DNA from: Candidatus Margulisiibacteriota bacterium
GTDB taxonomy: Bacteria; Margulisbacteria; Marinamargulisbacteria; JBFWNS01
Reading direction: 5' to 3'
Length of the DNA stretch: 64,000 bases
Assembly (NCBI GenBank): GCA_050250935.1
Contig: JBFWNS010000001.1
Location: 480,001-544,000, forward strand
Under the pieces are notes generated by a model. It was not told where the DNA came from, searched no databases, and saw only the letters and a program-made list of their open reading frames with translations. This document shows, piece after piece, positions 59,968 to 64,000 of this stretch (positions within the stretch are counted from its first letter, which is position 1; every line of letters starts with the position of its first letter). Position numbers and translations under genes: made by a program.

Positions 59968-60384
59968 CTGAACGGTTTGCCCGACCTGAAGGTGAAGCTG
60001 TTTGGCCAATCCCCCTTGGATCTCGAGTACATAGCGGGCATTGGCCGACGGAAAAATAGGGGTTTCATCCAGGGGTTTTGCCCCGTGTTTAATACTGACA
60101 ATCTTGGACTGATCGTCGATCCAAAGCATGTCCAAGGAAATCAGGGTGTCTTTCATCCAAAAGGGATAAAACCCAGGGGCCTCAAAAACAAAGAGCATGC
60201 CCTTGTTTTTGGCTAAAGATTTTCGATTCATCAGGCCTTGGGCCCGTTCGGCACTCGTTTGGGCCAATTCGACAGCAAAGACCTGGCGGCCTACCGTCAC
60301 TGTTTTGATGTCGCTGGCCTTGACCAGGGTTCCCCAGGCCAAGACCCCCATCAAAACAAGGGCGACAACATGCTTTTTGAACAA
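59956..60384 (-). CDS. DUF192-family exported protein
   Basis: VELAQT..RAQGLM, GMLFVF, FWMKDT, YVLE. Confidence 0.9.
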   Translation of the reverse strand: MFKKHVVALVLMGVLAWGTLVKASDIKTVTVGRQVFAVELAQTSAERAQGLMNRKSLAKNKGMLFVFEAPGFYPFWMKDTLISLDMLWIDDQSKIVSIKHGAKPLDETPIFPSANARYVLEIQGGLAKQLHLQVGQTVQLGR

Positions 60385-60390
60385 CGCTAT

Positions 60391-60783
60391 TTAGGCTGTT
60401 TTTTTACGGGTAGAAGCGGCTTTAGCAGCTGGTTTTTTGGCGGCTGTTTTGGCTGCAGGTTTTGCGGCAGCTTTGGGCTTGGCAGCAGCTTTTGCAGGTT
60501 TTGCTTCAGCAGTTGCGGGGGCAGCGGCGGTGGTGTTCAATTTTTTAGCCAGGCGAGATTTTTTTCTGGCTGCGGTGTTTTTGTGAATAACCCCTTTTGC
60601 AGCTGTTTTATCGATGGTTTTCAAGGCGGCTTTGGTTAATTCTGCTTTGGTTTCTGCATCGGTTTCGATGGCAGAGGCTGCTTTTTTAACAACGGTTTTC
60701 ATTTTGCTTTTCAAAGCGACGTTGCGGTCGTGGTTGCGCTTTGTTCTTAAAATGTCTTTTTTTGAAGATTTAATATTGGCCAA
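60391..60783 (-). CDS. rpsT: 30S ribosomal protein S20 with Lys/Ala-rich C-terminal extension
   Basis: TTG start after GGGAG; ANIKSSKK, KGVIHKNTAARKKSRL. Confidence 0.93.
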   Translation of the reverse strand: MANIKSSKKDILRTKRNHDRNVALKSKMKTVVKKAASAIETDAETKAELTKAALKTIDKTAAKGVIHKNTAARKKSRLAKKLNTTAAAPATAEAKPAKAAAKPKAAAKPAAKTAAKKPAAKAASTRKKTA

Positions 60784-60875
60784 GGTAAAACTCCCATGTT
60801 GGTCGTGATTTGACACCCTACCTGCGTCTAAGCTAGGATGATGCGAACTCAAATCTTAGCTCACCCTTAAAAACG

Positions 60876-61748
60876 ATGTCAATCTCTGATTGGTTCGCCA
60901 AGCGCGAAAAAACGAACGAAGCGAGCGAAAAGCTCAACATACCTGGAAATCTTTGGATCAAATGTGATGGTTGTTCCGAGGTCTTGTATACCAAAGATCT
61001 CGAGGAAAATGCCAAAACATGTCCCAAATGTAACCACCATTTCCGCATCTCCCCCGATGAGCGGATTGCGGCAATCTTCGACCCAGACTCTTTTACCGAA
61101 GTGGCCAGCCACATTCGGCCGGTCGACTTTTTATTGTTTGAAGATACCGAACCTTATAGTGTTCGAATTAAAAAAGCTCAGAAAAAAACCAACCGCAACG
61201 ATGCCGTTATCATCGGCCAAGCCGCGCTTAAAAAAAGACCGGTTAACGTTGGGGTGATGGATTTTGGCTATATGGGTGGGTCCATGGGCTCTGTGGTTGG
61301 GGAAAAATTAACCCAACTGATCGAAATGGGGGTTGAAAATCAAAACCCGGTTATCATCTTCACGTCTTCGGGCGGTGCACGGATGCAAGAGAGTATTTTA
61401 AGTTTGATGCAAATGGCCAAAACCAGCGGGGCCCTTTATAAATTGGGCCAAGCACGGGTTCCCTATATTTCGGTTCTGTGCGATCCCACAACGGGTGGAA
61501 CTTCGGCCAGCTTTGCCATGTTGGGCGACATTAATTTGGCCGAACCGGGTGCCCTGATCTCTTTTGCAGGCCCCCGTGTTATTGAGCAAACCATTCGTCA
61601 AAAACTTCCCGATGGCTTTCAGCGCAGTGAATTTTTGCTCGAGCATGGCATGGTGGACCGAGTGGTGCATCGAAAAGAGCTTCGTCAAACCCTATACACC
61701 CTTATTTCTATTCTAGATCCCAGAGAATCAGGCACAAAAGACCTATGA
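60876..61748 (+). CDS. accD: Acetyl-CoA carboxylase carboxyltransferase beta
   Basis: CDGC..CPKC, MGGSMG, SGGARMQE, FAGPRVIEQT. Confidence 0.97.
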   Translation: MSISDWFAKREKTNEASEKLNIPGNLWIKCDGCSEVLYTKDLEENAKTCPKCNHHFRISPDERIAAIFDPDSFTEVASHIRPVDFLLFEDTEPYSVRIKKAQKKTNRNDAVIIGQAALKKRPVNVGVMDFGYMGGSMGSVVGEKLTQLIEMGVENQNPVIIFTSSGGARMQESILSLMQMAKTSGALYKLGQARVPYISVLCDPTTGGTSASFAMLGDINLAEPGALISFAGPRVIEQTIRQKLPDGFQRSEFLLEHGMVDRVVHRKELRQTLYTLISILDPRESGTKDL

Positions 61749-62713
61749 AAATGCAGCGAGCGTTGGACTTCGAAAAACCTTTGGTTGAGTTGTGCGATAA
61801 AATCGATCAGCTTAAAAAATTATCCATCGAGGGGGACATCGATTTGTCTGCTGAAATTGAAAAAATCGAAAAGCGTGCCGAAAAAGTCAAAAAAGACATT
61901 TACGCCAATTTGTCTCCCAATCAGGTGGTTCAAATTGCCCGTCATCCCAACAGACCCGATGCCATCAGTTTGGCCAAGTTGATTTTTGACCCTTTTATGG
62001 AGATTCATGGGGATCGCCAATTTCGGGATGATCCGTCCATGGTGGGTGGGATTGCCACCCTTAAAAAGCACCGCGTCATGGTCATTGGTCACCAAAAAGG
62101 CCACGATACCAAAGAAAATATCTACCGCAACTTTGGCATGCCCCATCCAGAAGGCTACCGAAAAGCCCTTCGCCTCATGCAAATGGCCGATAAATTTAGA
62201 ATGCCCATCGTCACCTTCGTTGATACGCCTGGTGCTTATCCTGGTATCGGTGCCGAAGAGCGGGGGCAGGCCGAAGCCATCGCCCGTAACCTTCGGGATA
62301 TGATGGGGTTAACGGTGCCCATTATCACGTTTGTGATTGGCGAAGGTGGGTCTGGCGGTGCTTTGGGCATTGCGGTTTCCAATAAAGTCTACATGCTCGA
62401 ATTTTCGGTTTATTCGGTCATCTCGCCCGAAGGCTGTGCATCGATCTTGTTTCGGGACGCCAAGAAAGCCGATATCGCCGCGGAGAAACTTAAAATGACA
62501 GCGTCAGATATTTGCCAATTGGGAGTTGCTGACGATCTGATTAAAGAACCCTTTGGCGGGGCGCACACCAATTGGAAAGACACCGCAGAAGCCATCAAAA
62601 AGGTGCTGACGCGGGATCTGTTGGCCTATCAAAAAGTCTCGGTCCAAGAACTTTTGGACGAACGTTACGCCAAATTCCGGGCCATGGGCCAGTTTGACGC
62701 TTCTCCAGAATAG
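61745..62713 (+). CDS. accA: Acetyl-CoA carboxylase carboxyltransferase alpha
   Basis: LDFEKP, ARHPNRP, PEGYRKA, DTPGAYPG, GEGGSGGA. Confidence 0.97.
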   Translation: MKMQRALDFEKPLVELCDKIDQLKKLSIEGDIDLSAEIEKIEKRAEKVKKDIYANLSPNQVVQIARHPNRPDAISLAKLIFDPFMEIHGDRQFRDDPSMVGGIATLKKHRVMVIGHQKGHDTKENIYRNFGMPHPEGYRKALRLMQMADKFRMPIVTFVDTPGAYPGIGAEERGQAEAIARNLRDMMGLTVPIITFVIGEGGSGGALGIAVSNKVYMLEFSVYSVISPEGCASILFRDAKKADIAAEKLKMTASDICQLGVADDLIKEPFGGAHTNWKDTAEAIKKVLTRDLLAYQKVSVQELLDERYAKFRAMGQFDASPE

Positions 62714-62782
62714 AAATCCAACCTCTCTTTCCACATAGGGGGATTTCAATTTTGGGTTTTTTTGGGAGTTTATTTAATGCGC

Positions 62783-63757
62783 TTAAGCTTTTGGGGCTGA
62801 AGAAGTTACTTTCTTTTCTGTGGTCGAAGGTTTTAGGCTCACCAAGGTTGGGCTGGCAATAAAGATGGTGGAATAGGCGCCAGAGACCACCCCTGCAAAC
62901 AGAATCACGGCAAAGGGTTTAATGGTGGTGCCGCCCAAGACAATCAGGCACAAGACCACCAGCAAAACGGTGGCTGTGGTGTTAATGGTCCTACTCATGG
63001 TTTGGGTGATGGATAGGTTGGCAATGAAGGTGAGGGAATGGTCGTTTTTCCGAAGCAATTTAATGTTTTCTCGGATTCGGTCAAACAATACGATGGTGTC
63101 GTTCAGCGAATAGCCCAAGACTGTTAAAATCGCAGCCACAAAGGCCGAGTTGATTTCCAAATTAAACATCGAAGCAAAAGCCAGGGTGGTGAGGGCGTCG
63201 TGAAGCAAAGAAATAAGGGCCGCAATGCCAAAGGTCCATTCGAACCGCCAGGCGATGTACAGCATTAGCGCCACAAACACGATCAAAAGAATCCAGATGG
63301 AACGTTGGCGCAGTTCTGAGCCCATTGAAGGGCCAATGGCGTCTATTTCCAGGGTTTCCATGTTCCCCAATTTTTGAAATAGGGCTTCGCGAATTTGAAT
63401 GGTTTTCGCTTGGTTAATGTTGACGGTTTTAATAATCACTTCTTGGTCTTGAGAGATTTGGATGTCGCTGTTTTCAAGCCCAAAGGGGGTTAGGGCTTCG
63501 CGAATGTCGTTTAAAAAGGCCGTGTTGACCTCTTTGAGGGTTTGATTTTTTTGCTTGGCAATTAAGTGGCGGTTGTTGAGCTCGTCAAATTTGAAGGTCA
63601 TGGTGGTGCCGCCAACAAAATCGATGCCATAGTTCAACATGGGTTTGGATTGGAAAGCGCGAATGGGCATCAGTGCGAGGCCAATCAGGGTAAAGAGCAT
63701 GGAAATGGAAAACCAAAGGTTGCGTTTCTCGATGATTTTAAAAATGCGTTTTGACAT
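62783..63757 (-). CDS. secF: Protein translocase subunit SecF
   Basis: GIDFVGG, IGPSMG, GYSLNDTIVLFDRIREN, RTINT. Confidence 0.95.
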   Translation of the reverse strand: MSKRIFKIIEKRNLWFSISMLFTLIGLALMPIRAFQSKPMLNYGIDFVGGTTMTFKFDELNNRHLIAKQKNQTLKEVNTAFLNDIREALTPFGLENSDIQISQDQEVIIKTVNINQAKTIQIREALFQKLGNMETLEIDAIGPSMGSELRQRSIWILLIVFVALMLYIAWRFEWTFGIAALISLLHDALTTLAFASMFNLEINSAFVAAILTVLGYSLNDTIVLFDRIRENIKLLRKNDHSLTFIANLSITQTMSRTINTTATVLLVVLCLIVLGGTTIKPFAVILFAGVVSGAYSTIFIASPTLVSLKPSTTEKKVTSSAPKA

Positions 63758-63770
63758 GGGGGTCTCCGTT

Positions 63771-64000
63771 TTAGGTTCTAAATAGAATGCCGTCTTTGGG
63801 CAAAGCGAATCGGGCAATCATTTCCAGCATCAGTTTGGTCAGGGTAATGGCGGTGAACATGCTGACAATCACCCCAATGCTGAGGGTGACAGCAAAGCCT
63901 TTAACGGTGCCAGATCCCAGCCAAAACAGAACCGCCGCGGCAATCAGGGTGCTGATGTTGGAGTCCAAGATGGTAATAAAAGCTCGGTTAAAGCCATTTT
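63771..64000 (-). CDS. secD: Protein translocase subunit SecD, 3' part
   Basis: [22 protein letters not shown]; upstream of secF. Confidence 0.9.
   Translation of the reverse strand, partial: NGFNRAFITILDSNISTLIAAAVLFWLGSGTVKGFAVTLSIGVIVSMFTAITLTKLMLEMIARFALPKDGILFRT

Overview
Chromosomal window of a diderm, apparently non-photosynthetic bacterium. Cyanobacteria-like synteny (oriC-like region before dnaN, lysA-cdaA, Ycf45-like ATPase) suggests a sister lineage such as Margulisbacteria; this is inference only. Most of the window is housekeeping: gpmI-pgm-dapB-asd, ferritin, dnaN-recF-dciA, thyA-folA, slt, dnaA, tmk-ycf45-recR-ybaB-dnaX, pyrH-frr-uppS-cdsA-dxr-dprA, rpsO-pnp, addB-like, def-panD-lysA-cdaA-panB-aroA-tsaB, dnaB-lptD, rpsT, accD-accA, secD-secF, plus tRNA-Leu(GAG). 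Highlights: (1) an operon of three signal-peptide-bearing phage tail-collar/fibre paralogues coupled to two degenerate vitamin-K-dependent carboxylase (HTTM) homologues (17.5-22.4 kb), with no phage genes nearby; (2) two paralogous two-TM effector-like genes sharing an identical sigma28-like upstream motif, one bounded by a 37-bp direct repeat (33-37 kb); (3) DnaA-box clusters before dnaN and before dnaA about 16 kb apart; (4) a PI3/4-kinase-like gene coupled to lptD; (5) a small bS22-like ORF missing from the ORF track, probable CTG and ATT starts, and many apparently leaderless genes. All calls come from reading motifs by eye; no searches were run.
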